Assembly: GCA_004555425.1 (NCBI GenBank)
Contig: SFID01000001.1
Location: 7,635-71,634, forward strand
DNA length: 64,000 nucleotides
DNA from: Bacteroidales bacterium
Lineage (GTDB): Bacteria > Bacteroidota > Bacteroidia > Bacteroidales > Bacteroidaceae
Direction: 5' to 3'
How positions within the stretch are numbered: the stretch's first letter is position 1; every line of letters begins with the position of its first letter. The notes beneath the pieces were generated by a model that searched no databases, had not been told where the DNA came from, and was given only the letters and a program-made list of their open reading frames with translations. A program made the position numbers and the translations under genes. This document shows, in pieces, positions 38,399 through 48,317 of the stretch.

Positions 38399-39313
38399 CT
38401 AGTGGTTGAACATGGCAGCAAAGGCTAGGCTGAAGTATTTGTCCTGCGCGCTATCGCCACGCGAGGGGAGGATGACGGGACAGGTCGTTCCGCAGAGCGT
38501 GCCTGCCACGTCGCTGGCGGTGAGGAAGGTGATGGTCTTGTAGAACGTATTGCCCGCTTCGATATTGGGGAAGATGAGGGCATCGGCCTGGCCTTCGAGG
38601 GGCGAAGGGATGCCCTTGATGTGGAGGGCAACGGGGTCGATGGACGTGCGCACATCCAGCGGACCATCCACAATGGCGGGCCCCCATTCGCCTTCACTGG
38701 CACGGCGCGACAGTTCGGCGTAGGTGAGCGTGTGGGGAAACTTCTCGCTGACGTGCTCGGAGCAATGGATGAGGCTGATGCGCGGTTGGGCGATGCCAAA
38801 CTTGCGGCAGACGCTGGCCACATAGCCAATCTGCGCAGCGCGCTGCTCGGCCGTGGGGTAGGGGATGACGGCTGCATCGGTGAAGAAGAGCAGACGGTCG
38901 CGCCCAGGTATCTGTGCCACGGCCAGATGGGTGAGCACCTGGCCCGGGGGAAGCAGGCCCTCGGCCTTGTTGAGCACAGCGCGGAGCAGGACATCGGTAG
39001 AGATGAGGCCCTTCATAAGAATGCCCGCCCGCCCTTCGCGAACGAGGCGTACGGCAAGGGCAGCCGCTGCTGCGGGCTCGGCAGTTTCGGGCTCAACGAA
39101 TTCTACTAACTCAGCGTAGTCTTGCATCGGAGCGTAGGCACGGGGAACCGACGCGTCGCCGACAAATATGGCGCGCGCAAAACCGCTGGCGAGGGCGCGT
39201 GTGACGGCCTGGAGCGTGCTGTCATCGTCGCCGCAAGCCACGGCAATCGTAATCTTTTGACCCGAGGCGGAGAGGTGGCGGACCATCTCCGAAAAATTTT
39301 GTATGGTTTGCAT
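38399..39313 (-). CDS. ptb: Phosphate butyryltransferase / phosphate acyltransferase
   Basis: LMKGLIST, TDAAV.PYP, VDGPLD, PNIEAGN, PSRGDS; adjacent to buk. Confidence 0.88.
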   Translation of the reverse strand: MQTIQNFSEMVRHLSASGQKITIAVACGDDDSTLQAVTRALASGFARAIFVGDASVPRAYAPMQDYAELVEFVEPETAEPAAAAALAVRLVREGRAGILMKGLISTDVLLRAVLNKAEGLLPPGQVLTHLAVAQIPGRDRLLFFTDAAVIPYPTAEQRAAQIGYVASVCRKFGIAQPRISLIHCSEHVSEKFPHTLTYAELSRRASEGEWGPAIVDGPLDVRTSIDPVALHIKGIPSPLEGQADALIFPNIEAGNTFYKTITFLTASDVAGTLCGTTCPVILPSRGDSAQDKYFSLAFAAMFNH

Positions 39314-39633
39314 AGTAAGATTTAAAGGGTTAGGTTTACCTTGCAAATATACGAAAAGAGCGTTGAGTGGGAAGGGGTTCGGGCTGGTTTTTCGGGGATT
39401 TTCTTGCGGGGGCCGGGATTGGGCGCGGGGCTGGGCTTTCTGGGTTTTCTAGATCTTCTAGATTTTCTAGAGAATCTAGAGATTCCGGCCCGCGCCGCCA
39501 TATCTTGGCCCGCGCCTTCCCGCGCACCGCCTGCCCCCCAAAACGCAAGCAGGAGGAACCCTTGGTGTTGGGGCTCCTCCTGCTTGCTTCTGCTGGCCGG
39601 TTTCTTCTGCTGGCCGCTGTTGCAGTTCTTTCT

Positions 39634-40746
39634 TTAATGGCGCTGGCGTCGCACGCTGATGGTTCCGCCGCTACCACTGTTGCGTGTGGCTTTGGGCGTG
39701 GAAGATCTGGTGGTCTTCGTCTTTGGCGTCTTGGTTTTTGTTGTCTTGTTTTCCTTCACCGTTGTGGTTGAGCGGCGTGACGGAGTGCGGGATGTTGTGG
39801 TGCGCTTGCTCTTTGGCTTCTCGACTGCGGCAAGGCTGTCGGCGAGAGCCTGTTCGGCAGCCTTCTTGGCCATTGCTACGGAGTCGCGTCCCCACATGTG
39901 GTCCTGGAAATCGATAATCTCGCGCTCAATGCGCTGTTGCTCGCGGTGGGTCACGTCGGCATCCATTTCCATTTCGTTGACCAGAATGCGGTCTTGCAGG
40001 TTGGTCGTCTTGTAGATGTCGCCCTGGTAGGCACCGAGGGTGAAGAAATCGTCGGCGGACATGGTCGCGGCATTATTGACGTTGCTGCCCATGAGCATGA
40101 GTTGGCCAAGGTAGGGGGCAATGTCGTCGTATTTCACCCAGAACATGGGGTATTGGCTGTCGGCCCCGCCAAAGTCGTCGCCTCGCTTCAAGACGGGGCA
40201 GATGGCCGTCACCTTTTTGCGGAAGGTGGCTGTGTATTGGTCGTAGTATTCGCTCTCCTTGATGAAATAGAGCTTCACTTGGTCGGACGGAAGGTCGGCA
40301 TCGTTGACGCGCGTCTTGCCTTCGGCATTCGTTTCATAGAAAATCTCATAGCGGTCCATCAGGTCCTTCACCTTGACCTCGTTTTTTGCCGAGAAATCCT
40401 CGTTGCCGTCCAACTTGTAGTCGTACGCCTTGATTTGTCCGCGGTGGATGGCGTGGAAGAGGAAGGTGAAGAGGTTCATGCGGTTGCCCTGCGGCATGGT
40501 GGGATAATAGAGTACGGCGTTGGCATCCTTGGTGAGATCTAGGGTGCGATAGATGTCACGGCGCCAAGCGGCATCCGCGGGCATAGGTTGTGCCGTGGGA
40601 AAATCGCGATAGGCCGAGCCCTTGACGGGCGTGTTGGTCTTGGTCGTATTTTCGTTTGACGTTCTGCGACGGGGCGGCTGAGCCACGACTGCGGTGCAGG
40701 TCAGCGCAACGAGAGCGAATAGTGTGGCGCGGCGTAGGTAGTTCAT
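39634..40746 (-). CDS. porN: T9SS ring protein PorN/GldN
   Basis: WRRDIYRTLDL...NAVLYYP, AICPV, PMFWV; operon position. Confidence 0.92.
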   Translation of the reverse strand: MNYLRRATLFALVALTCTAVVAQPPRRRTSNENTTKTNTPVKGSAYRDFPTAQPMPADAAWRRDIYRTLDLTKDANAVLYYPTMPQGNRMNLFTFLFHAIHRGQIKAYDYKLDGNEDFSAKNEVKVKDLMDRYEIFYETNAEGKTRVNDADLPSDQVKLYFIKESEYYDQYTATFRKKVTAICPVLKRGDDFGGADSQYPMFWVKYDDIAPYLGQLMLMGSNVNNAATMSADDFFTLGAYQGDIYKTTNLQDRILVNEMEMDADVTHREQQRIEREIIDFQDHMWGRDSVAMAKKAAEQALADSLAAVEKPKSKRTTTSRTPSRRSTTTVKENKTTKTKTPKTKTTRSSTPKATRNSGSGGTISVRRQRH

Positions 40747-40841
40747 ATAGGGTTTGCTTTAGTTACGGAGGAAGATGAAATCTGAAAGAAAGGGAGGCGT
40801 GGGGGTGAGCGGAAACCGAAAACTTTGCAGCCAGCGGAGCG

Positions 40842-42404
40842 TTAGTTGACGATTACCTCGATGGCCTGTGGCAGGTTGCGCTCAATGCCGTCGGGACCGA
40901 TGGCGCGGACACGAGAGATGTAGAAGCGCTGGCCCTTGCGGAGTTGGCGAATAAGTTCGCGTTGGGCTTCGGTGATGTTGGCACCACTGGAAGCCTCGGG
41001 GCGAGCGTTGCCCATGCGGTCGTGGAAGACCATTTCATAACTCAAGACGCGGAAGGGGATGTCGAGCAAGCCATCATCAATGGCGGCACCGATACTCTTG
41101 GCACCAAGGATGGCACCCTTGCCAATCTTTCCGCCCTTGAAGCGGTCGTGGCCCACGTTGATATAGGCCGTGGGGTCGGGCAGTTTACGCACCTTGAAGG
41201 TGACGGTCGCCATAGTCAGCGTCTTGCCATCGTGTACGCCCGTCACGGTGAACGTGACATCCTGACCTACATGGGCTGGACGGGCCACATAGTGGCCTGC
41301 GCCCTTTGAGATGAGTGTGCCGCCCGTCATGCTGAGGCTCACCTTATCGTTGGGAATGCCAGATGCTGATACGCTGATGGGGTTGTCGAAACCGGCATAG
41401 AGCACGTTCATCAGGTCGGCGGCCACCGTGGCGCCCGCTGGTACGGCGGGATGGGGGATGACCTTGAACTTTTGCAGGAAGTCGCGGCGGATGATGTCGC
41501 CAGCGGCATTGGGCATCTGGATATAGCCCGAGAAAGAGTATTCGCCAGGACCGCCCACGCGGAAGTTGTAGACTCCGCTGTCGTCAATGCGTCGTCCGTT
41601 CACGTAGATTTCGGGGCGTTTCGTTGTGTCGGTGGCGGCGAGGAAGATGTGCGAACGGAATTCTTCGCCAGGGAAGAGCGTGGTCGTTTCGGGAACGACA
41701 TACGCGCCTAATTCGTTGACGCGAATATCCTTGAGGTCAATGTTGGAAACCAGTCGGCGCAGCACTTCGCCTTCGGCCGTTCGGATGTCGCTCTGCAACT
41801 TTGTGAGCATAGTCACTGCGGCGATGGCGGGCATCGATTCAAACATATATTCGGGCCACGATTTGCGATAATTTTCGCCAGTCTGGGGAACCTCGGTGCT
41901 GAGGTTAGAGCGGATGATGGCTTGCTGGCGCGGGTCGACAATGAGTTTGAGAATATTTTCGCGAAAGGTTTCTATGCGCTGCTGGAGGAGTTTGCCTTGT
42001 CCGCCCACGGGCGCCAGCATGACGTGGCCAGCCGCTTCAAGGTCCTCTTGGTTGATGAGTTTATCGGGGTCGGCATCGCGGCCATCGGCTTGGCGGGCGA
42101 TGGCGAGGCGCAACTGAGCCACGTAGTTGTAGAGCGAATCTGCTTGTTGCTTCACGCTCATGGCTTTGTCGTACCAAGGGCGCACCTTTGTGGGGTTGCC
42201 TTTGAGTTGGTTGGCAAGGTCGGCATAGAGGGCCTCGTTCTCCTTGATGGTGTTATCGGTCGAGCGCAGCAGGCTCCTTCCAACAAGGTCGAATCCCTTC
42301 AGAACCTCATTGGAAACATTGAGCGCCAGCATTGCCAGAAGGACGATGTACATCAGGTTGATCATCTTCTGACGCGGCGAGACCGGTCTTTTCTTTACGG
42401 ACAT
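40842..42404 (-). CDS. porM: T9SS motor protein PorM/GldM
   Basis: SPRQKMINLMYIVLLAMLALNVS, MNVLYAG..NPI, FKVRKLPDP. Confidence 0.96.
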   Translation of the reverse strand: MSVKKRPVSPRQKMINLMYIVLLAMLALNVSNEVLKGFDLVGRSLLRSTDNTIKENEALYADLANQLKGNPTKVRPWYDKAMSVKQQADSLYNYVAQLRLAIARQADGRDADPDKLINQEDLEAAGHVMLAPVGGQGKLLQQRIETFRENILKLIVDPRQQAIIRSNLSTEVPQTGENYRKSWPEYMFESMPAIAAVTMLTKLQSDIRTAEGEVLRRLVSNIDLKDIRVNELGAYVVPETTTLFPGEEFRSHIFLAATDTTKRPEIYVNGRRIDDSGVYNFRVGGPGEYSFSGYIQMPNAAGDIIRRDFLQKFKVIPHPAVPAGATVAADLMNVLYAGFDNPISVSASGIPNDKVSLSMTGGTLISKGAGHYVARPAHVGQDVTFTVTGVHDGKTLTMATVTFKVRKLPDPTAYINVGHDRFKGGKIGKGAILGAKSIGAAIDDGLLDIPFRVLSYEMVFHDRMGNARPEASSGANITEAQRELIRQLRKGQRFYISRVRAIGPDGIERNLPQAIEVIVN

Positions 42405-42460
42405 ATTGATGGAAATTGAAAGGGGGAGAATGCGGGAAAGATGATTATCTCCCTCTAGAA

Positions 42461-43561
42461 CTATTCTTTGTTTCCTCGCATATTGACGGTGAGGGCTTCA
42501 ATCATGCGGCCATATACGGCATTGAGTTCCTCAATCTGGTTGGCGAGTTTGTGGGTTTGGTCGTTGATTTGGTCGATAGTGCCAACTTGCAGGCTGATGC
42601 TCTTGAGATGGAGTTCGTAAACCTTGTTGATACCCGTGAGTGTGCGGTTGAGGTTTTCCATTTCTTCGCTGTCTTTGGCGAGGCGGGCACTCTGTTCGTC
42701 CACCTTGGCGAAGGTGTCGGCGAGGGTGCGCAGTTTTTCGATGTAAGTCTGCGTGGCAGCTTCCATTTCGGGCGAGAGAACTGCCTGAGCGCGTTGCAGG
42801 AGTTCGTCGTTGGCCACGCGGATAATCTGTGCAAGTCGCTGGGCCTCCTGCTCGAAGGGTTGGCCGCCCTTGGGAGCCGTGGCAGCGATGGCTGCCGCAG
42901 CCATAGAATCGGCAGGCGTGGCGGCGGGCATATCCGAAGGCGTGGATTCTGCCGTGGTCGTTTCGGGCTGCACGGGAATCGTGATGGTTTGCACGATAGG
43001 TGCGGCGGGCTGATGCGCAGGTGTGGCGGAGGAACTGGTGGCGGGCTGTTCGGCGTCCGGACTAGGCATAGTGCCTTCGGCAGCTTGGGCGGCGGCAGCA
43101 GCGATGACAGTTGCCTGCGATTCGGCTGCTTCCAGTTCTTCTTCGCTCTGTGGAGTACGGATGCAGGTGTGTGTCGTACCGCTTCCGATAACGGGAATGA
43201 CGGTGACGCCCGGCGTATTGTTTGCGTCGGTTTCTGTTTCTTCGTTGTCTAGGTCGTCGTTATCGTTCAGTCCTAGGCGGACAGACATTTGCTCATCCGT
43301 TTCGATGTCTTCGGGAAGTTCTTTGCCCACTTCATTTCGGTCGAAGGGACGGTCGAAAGCAGCGAGGAAGAATACGATAACCTCTGTGCCCATACCGATA
43401 AAGAGCATGATATTGCCACCTTGGATATGTGTGAGTTTGAATAGGGCACCCAGGATAACGATGGCTGCGCCCCAGCTGTATGCGTAATTGAGGAAGGTTT
43501 GTCCCGGTACGCTGTCCATCCAATTTTGCAGGCGGACGATGATATTGATTTTCTTGGGCAT
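42461..43561 (-). CDS. porL: T9SS motor protein PorL/GldL
   Basis: YSWGAAIVILGALFKLTH..G..ML.IGMGTE; C-terminal LNAVYGRMI. Confidence 0.95.
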   Translation of the reverse strand: MPKKINIIVRLQNWMDSVPGQTFLNYAYSWGAAIVILGALFKLTHIQGGNIMLFIGMGTEVIVFFLAAFDRPFDRNEVGKELPEDIETDEQMSVRLGLNDNDDLDNEETETDANNTPGVTVIPVIGSGTTHTCIRTPQSEEELEAAESQATVIAAAAAQAAEGTMPSPDAEQPATSSSATPAHQPAAPIVQTITIPVQPETTTAESTPSDMPAATPADSMAAAAIAATAPKGGQPFEQEAQRLAQIIRVANDELLQRAQAVLSPEMEAATQTYIEKLRTLADTFAKVDEQSARLAKDSEEMENLNRTLTGINKVYELHLKSISLQVGTIDQINDQTHKLANQIEELNAVYGRMIEALTVNMRGNKE

Positions 43562-43613
43562 TTCTATATGTATAAGGAGTAGGTGAATCTGTTGGGTGGG
43601 TTGCTAGTGCTGC

Positions 43614-45098
43614 TTACTTGCGCTTTTTCTCGGCGGCGTTGCTGCTGACGGTGGTAGCCTTTGAGCGGACGCAGCGGAAGCCAATGTAGGAGCGGGGCTG
43701 GTTTTGGTATTCCCAGGTGCGCCATGCCGAGCGGATGTAGGAGATGGGATCTTTCCATGAGCCGCCGCGCACGCTTTTGCGCTTCAGCACGTAGGGGTCT
43801 TCCTTGGCGGCATTGTATCGCAGTTCGGGGTTGAGGTCGGCCATGGCAGCCACTCCTGCTTCCGTATATACCGTGTTGGTCCATTCGGCCACGTTGCCAG
43901 CCATATCGAAGAGCCCGTTGCTGTTGGCGCCATAGATACCTGTGCGCGAGGTGATGAGGTTGCCGTCTTCGGTGTAGTTGCCGCGGTCGGGCTTGAAGTT
44001 TGCAAAGAAGCAACCGCGGTCGTTTTTCGTTTCGTCGCCTTCCCAGGGGAAAGGATTCCCCTCCTTGCCGCGGGCTGCATATTCCCATTCAATTTCTGTC
44101 GGCAGGCGATAGCGTTGCAGGTAGCGAGCCTGCGGTCCCATGCCTCGCAGCAGATACTCCGTGCGCCAGGCGCAGAAGGCCTGAGCCTGCTCCCAGGTGA
44201 CACCAACAACGGGATAATCGTTGTAGGTCGGCGAGGAGAAGTACAATTTCATGTACGTCTCGTTGTTGGCATTGGTGAAGTCGTTCACCCACACCGTTGT
44301 GTCGGGATATACGGGTACGATATACGTGTTGAGGAAGTCGTAGAGGCTTGACAGCGGGCGCTCAATCGTTTGTCGCACGATGCGTCCGTTTTCATCAATA
44401 TAGGCTGTGTCCTTCGAGATCATCACCACTTCATCGGGGTCGGTGGTAATGTCCGTGTTCAGATTGCGTTCGGCGGGGTCCAGACGATACTTGCGGAGGG
44501 CTGCTTTCTCGTAGTCGAACACCTCGTATCGGTAGTTCAGTTGTCTGATGTCCAGCATTTTCGTGCCGTCAATGGGATGGCGGGTGTACACGCTTTCGAT
44601 GGCGCGCTCCTGCTCTTCGGTGGGTTTGCGCCAGGGTATGGGTTTGGTCCAATTGAGGTGGGGCGTGACGGGGTCGCCATAGCGGTCCACTTCAATCTTA
44701 TACGTTTCATCGCCACCATATTGCGGGTCGGCCAGGCGTTCGCGGATGATAGAATCGCGCACCCATTCCACAAATTGGCGGTACATGGAGTTCGTCACCT
44801 CCGTCTGGTCCATCCAGAATCCGTCCACGGAGATTTCGCGCGTAGGTGTCACGATGCCCCAGAGGGTATCGTTGTTTTCGACACCCGCTTTGAGGTATCC
44901 GCGCTTGATTTCCACCATGCCGAATGGGGCGGGCTCGTTGTATGCTGCCGAGCGTTGTCCGGTCACTTCGCCGCCGTTTTGCATGGCGCGGCTGTTGCTC
45001 ATACACGAAGCCAGCACAGCGATGCAGAGTGTTGCAGCGGTGAGGCCGAGGGTACGGGCGAGGTTACGTCTCGTTGGGATTACGTTGTTGATGTTCAT
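43614..45098 (-). CDS. porK: T9SS ring lipoprotein PorK/GldK
   Basis: Lipobox LASC, FGE-sulfatase fold YPVVGVTW, RLPTEIEWEYAAR, DMAGNVAEW, RGGSW, GFRC. Confidence 0.95.
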   Translation of the reverse strand: MNINNVIPTRRNLARTLGLTAATLCIAVLASCMSNSRAMQNGGEVTGQRSAAYNEPAPFGMVEIKRGYLKAGVENNDTLWGIVTPTREISVDGFWMDQTEVTNSMYRQFVEWVRDSIIRERLADPQYGGDETYKIEVDRYGDPVTPHLNWTKPIPWRKPTEEQERAIESVYTRHPIDGTKMLDIRQLNYRYEVFDYEKAALRKYRLDPAERNLNTDITTDPDEVVMISKDTAYIDENGRIVRQTIERPLSSLYDFLNTYIVPVYPDTTVWVNDFTNANNETYMKLYFSSPTYNDYPVVGVTWEQAQAFCAWRTEYLLRGMGPQARYLQRYRLPTEIEWEYAARGKEGNPFPWEGDETKNDRGCFFANFKPDRGNYTEDGNLITSRTGIYGANSNGLFDMAGNVAEWTNTVYTEAGVAAMADLNPELRYNAAKEDPYVLKRKSVRGGSWKDPISYIRSAWRTWEYQNQPRSYIGFRCVRSKATTVSSNAAEKKRK

Positions 45099-45198
45099 AT
45101 ATCGGTATTCTTTTTTTCGGAAGGGGAGGTTGGAGAGGGGCTGAGCCTTTCTCGCTCTATATATTATAGGTGTACCTTATTATATATAGGCCCTGCGG

Positions 45199-46131
45199 TT
45201 AGAGGAAGCGCACGCTGCGGTGCAGGTTCTTGCCTTTTTTGCTCAGGTTGAGGTCAAGCGTATAGCCGAGGGTTACTTCGTGGTTGCCGTGGAGCAATCC
45301 GATTCCTTCGGTATTGGCTTCGTAGGAGTAACTGATGTCTATGCCGTGGAAGCGGCCGCCTATGAAACCCGTCACGGAGTGCATGGGACTATATGTCAGA
45401 CCGCCATACAGGCGTTGTTTGTCCTTGGCGTAGAGCAGGCGTGCCGTGATGTCGGCGCGGAATTCCTGTCCATCGTACCTCAACATAGTAGAGGGGGCTA
45501 TAATAAATAACGGATTTTTGGTCTTAATATTGTACGCGGCGTAAAAATTATATAGACTTTTCACCTTAATCTCGTTCGTTTCGCCCATAAATATGGTTGG
45601 GCTCGTCAGGTGTGCGGCCGACAGACCCACCTGTAATCCTTTGCGCTGGTAGAAGAGGCCGACCGAAACATCAAACTTCGAGCCCGTCATCTCCGAGGCG
45701 GGAAAGGCGGGGTCGTTGGGGTCGATGAGGTCGGCCTTCGAGCCGTCCACCTTTTCGTTGAGCATATCCACCTCCACACCGATGCCCAGCCTTCCGCCGA
45801 AGAGGCGTTGCTGGTAGGCGTATTGTGCGCAGAAGCGTTGGTGGGCGAAGAGGCCGATGGCATCTTTCTCAAACACCAGTCCCACGCCATGGCGCGTCTT
45901 GCCCAGTGCAAAGGCCATGTCGGCACCCGCATACATTGTTCCGCCCGCGTCCTCGAAGCCCACGTTGTGTGCTTGATAGGCAGCGGTGATGCGCAACTGC
46001 TCGTTGTTTCCCACTGCACCTGCATTGAATTGCGGCAGCATATCCCAGTAGTGGGCAAATGCTGGAGCCTGTTGTGCAGAGGCTGTGCAGAGGCAGGCAA
46101 GGAGTAGGAGTAGGCTGATGATGCGGCGCAT
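45199..46131 (-). CDS. porP: PorP/SprF family T9SS outer-membrane protein
   Basis: Signal peptide, FNAG, QYAY, YSYE, HEV.LGY; directly upstream of porK. Confidence 0.9.
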   Translation of the reverse strand: MRRIISLLLLLACLCTASAQQAPAFAHYWDMLPQFNAGAVGNNEQLRITAAYQAHNVGFEDAGGTMYAGADMAFALGKTRHGVGLVFEKDAIGLFAHQRFCAQYAYQQRLFGGRLGIGVEVDMLNEKVDGSKADLIDPNDPAFPASEMTGSKFDVSVGLFYQRKGLQVGLSAAHLTSPTIFMGETNEIKVKSLYNFYAAYNIKTKNPLFIIAPSTMLRYDGQEFRADITARLLYAKDKQRLYGGLTYSPMHSVTGFIGGRFHGIDISYSYEANTEGIGLLHGNHEVTLGYTLDLNLSKKGKNLHRSVRFL

Positions 46132-46336
46132 AGATGTGTGGGGATAGGGTGTGGCCATTACTAAATGGCTGAACGGGTTAAAGGACTATGGACACCCCGT
46201 TGTGTGTCTGTACGAGGGGTGTGGCAATAGTTCTTTAACCCTTGTGTGAAATGCCCGATAGGTCGGGTAACTGGGGAAAAAAGTATGGAATCCCTGCTTT
46301 CAGGGATTATAGAACCTACCTTTATAGGATCTACCT

Positions 46337-46558
46337 TTAATATTCGTCTTCGTTGAAGAGGAAATCTTCCTTCGTAGGATAGTCAGGCCAAACATCTTCG
46401 ATGGTTTCGTATATTTCGCCTTCGTCCTCAAGTTCTTGCAGGTTTTCTACTACTTCCATCGGTGCGCCCGAGCGCATGGCGTAGTCGATGAGTTCGTCCT
46501 TGGAGGCAGGCCAAGGAGCATCCTCTAGTTTTGAAGCCAGTTCAAGAGTCCAATACAT
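46337..46558 (-). CDS. DUF2795 domain protein
   Basis: MYWTLELASKLEDAPWPA.KDELIDYA, the highly conserved Bacteroidetes small protein. Confidence 0.92.
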   Translation of the reverse strand: MYWTLELASKLEDAPWPASKDELIDYAMRSGAPMEVVENLQELEDEGEIYETIEDVWPDYPTKEDFLFNEDEY

Positions 46559-46682
46559 ATTGTCAGGATGTTTTTGAGTGGTTAGTAGATGTTGTTTACC
46601 TGGGCCGTGCTCCGTGCGGGGAGGTTGCCCATTGAATCGGCGACAAAAATACTATTTTTCTTTTTAATCCGCCTCTTCCCTC

Positions 46683-47168
46683 CTATAATTTTATCTCCGC
46701 TACCCCCGAAATCGCATTAAAATGGCGCGCCAGGGCATAGAGGTAACTTGACAGGCGATTGAGGTAGGGGACGACATGGTCCAGATGGCCCAGACCGACC
46801 ACTTGTCGCTCGGCGCGCCGACACACCGTCCTGCATACGTGCGTTTGTGCCGCCAAGGGGCAACCGCCAGGCAGGATGAAACCGCTGAATCGTCCGCAGG
46901 TGGCTTCCAGGCGTTGCGTTTCGGTTTGCAGGTTGGCCTCTTCGGTGGGGCCGGGCACGTAGGTGGCTTTCGCGTAGCCTGCCGCCAGCGAACCGATGGC
47001 GAAGAGGCGGCGCTGCACCTCGTGGAGGGCGGGGCGATAGGCTTCTGGCGCATTGGCGGCCAGCCATCCTAGGTGGCTGCTTAGTTCATCGAGGGTGCCG
47101 CAGGCTTCGATGCGGGCATCGTCCTTGCGCACTCGCTCGCCGGTGCTTAGGGAGGTGGTGGTTTGCAT
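46683..47168 (-). CDS. PduO-type cob(I)alamin adenosyltransferase
   Basis: T.L..GERV.KDD.RIEA.GT.DEL, FILPGG, RTVCRRAER, YLNRLS; N-terminal YTKTGD not evident. Confidence 0.85.
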   Translation of the reverse strand: MQTTTSLSTGERVRKDDARIEACGTLDELSSHLGWLAANAPEAYRPALHEVQRRLFAIGSLAAGYAKATYVPGPTEEANLQTETQRLEATCGRFSGFILPGGCPLAAQTHVCRTVCRRAERQVVGLGHLDHVVPYLNRLSSYLYALARHFNAISGVAEIKL

Positions 47169-47257
47169 GGGCTTTTTTTAGAGGATGGGAGAGGATGGGA
47201 GAGGATTTTAGAGGATTGGAGAGGATGGAGCGGATGGGCTGTTGGAGCGGCTTTGGC

Positions 47258-47884
47258 TCAATAGCTGATGAGGTAGTCCTCCTTGTTTAGACGCTGCTCT
47301 ACATATACTAGGCCAAACTCGTAGAGGTCGAAGGTGACGCGGACCTGTTGTTGGGCTTGCAGGCGGCGCCAGGCGGTGCGGTCGGCGGCTTTGCGGTGGA
47401 TGCCGCGGATGACTAGCGCACCTCCATCGCTCAACTGCTCCACGGCTTGCTGGGCCAGGGCGGGCCATGCTTCGGGCGCGTCCAGATAGACGAAGTCGAG
47501 GGCCTCGGCTGCGGGCAGGGTGGGCTTTGCGCTGTCCGCCGTGGTCCATTGGCACGACTTGCAGCCGCTCCTCAGGTAGGCCGCAGGCGCGGCGAGGCCC
47601 TTCTGTATGACGATGTGGCCGCGCCGCGGATGCGTGTCGTTGCTCAGGCGGAACAGCAGGCGCAGGTCGCCCAGCGTCATGCCGTCGTGGCGCCCGCCGC
47701 CCATGGGATGGGCCGTGAGGAGCGGGGCGTAGGCATAGTAGAGGCCGCGCTCGTAGATGACGCCCGTCACCTTGGCCCAGGCAAACGGCGAATGAATGCC
47801 GTAGCCGCAGCGGTGGCGGAAGCGCAGCAGGCGAACGATGGGCCGCCATACCTTATTATATATATAATAGGAGTAGGAAATCAT
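47258..47884 (-). CDS. Conserved hypothetical (degenerate SAM methyltransferase-like)
   Basis: GYGIHSPFA, LLFRL, TFDLY..G motifs seen in Bacteroidales proteins of this context. Confidence 0.7.
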   Translation of the reverse strand: MISYSYYIYNKVWRPIVRLLRFRHRCGYGIHSPFAWAKVTGVIYERGLYYAYAPLLTAHPMGGGRHDGMTLGDLRLLFRLSNDTHPRRGHIVIQKGLAAPAAYLRSGCKSCQWTTADSAKPTLPAAEALDFVYLDAPEAWPALAQQAVEQLSDGGALVIRGIHRKAADRTAWRRLQAQQQVRVTFDLYEFGLVYVEQRLNKEDYLISY

Positions 47885-48164
47885 TTTCTGAAGGCTGTGG
47901 GGTGGGGCGCAAGGATGATGATGGGGGCGCAAAATCTGTATTCCTCTTCTGCAAAGGTAAAGATTCACTGCGGGATGGGCAAGCGCCGTTCCACCTTTTT
48001 GTTCCTCCATCGGCAAGGCAAGATGTTACAATAATGTTACCAAATGTCGGAATTTGCAAAGTCTACTATGCAAAATTACAGTCGCAGAAAAGAAAAATGA
48101 GGATTTTGTGTATTTTTCTTGGGCTGCCTCTTGCGGATTTGCAAAACCGCCGTATCTTTGCATC

Positions 48165-48229
48165 GTGTTTTTCATAGTATTAGATTTAAGGTTAACAAGG
48201 TTGGGATACAGCGGTATCCCATTTTTTTT
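48165..48229 (+). ncRNA. Candidate small RNA with own promoter and terminator
   Basis: TATCTTTG -7 box at 48153-48160; AU-rich body; TGGGATAC-AGCG-GTATCCCA-T8 terminator. Confidence 0.6.
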
Positions 48230-48317
48230 GCCCTTTTCCCAGAAAAACCCTTCCGCTGCGGGTTTCCCCATCTAACCCAAAATGCGTACTTTTGCCTAGA
48301 ATTTCAATTTCCATCCC

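Noticed and set aside
42850..43270. Ala/Pro/Thr-rich insertion in PorL
   Set aside because: Low-complexity cytoplasmic linkers are common in PorL/GldL; not considered novel.
48230..48317. SAM riboswitch ahead of metF
   Set aside because: A promoter box lies ~25 nt before the ATG, leaving no room, and no SAM-I/II consensus was recognised.
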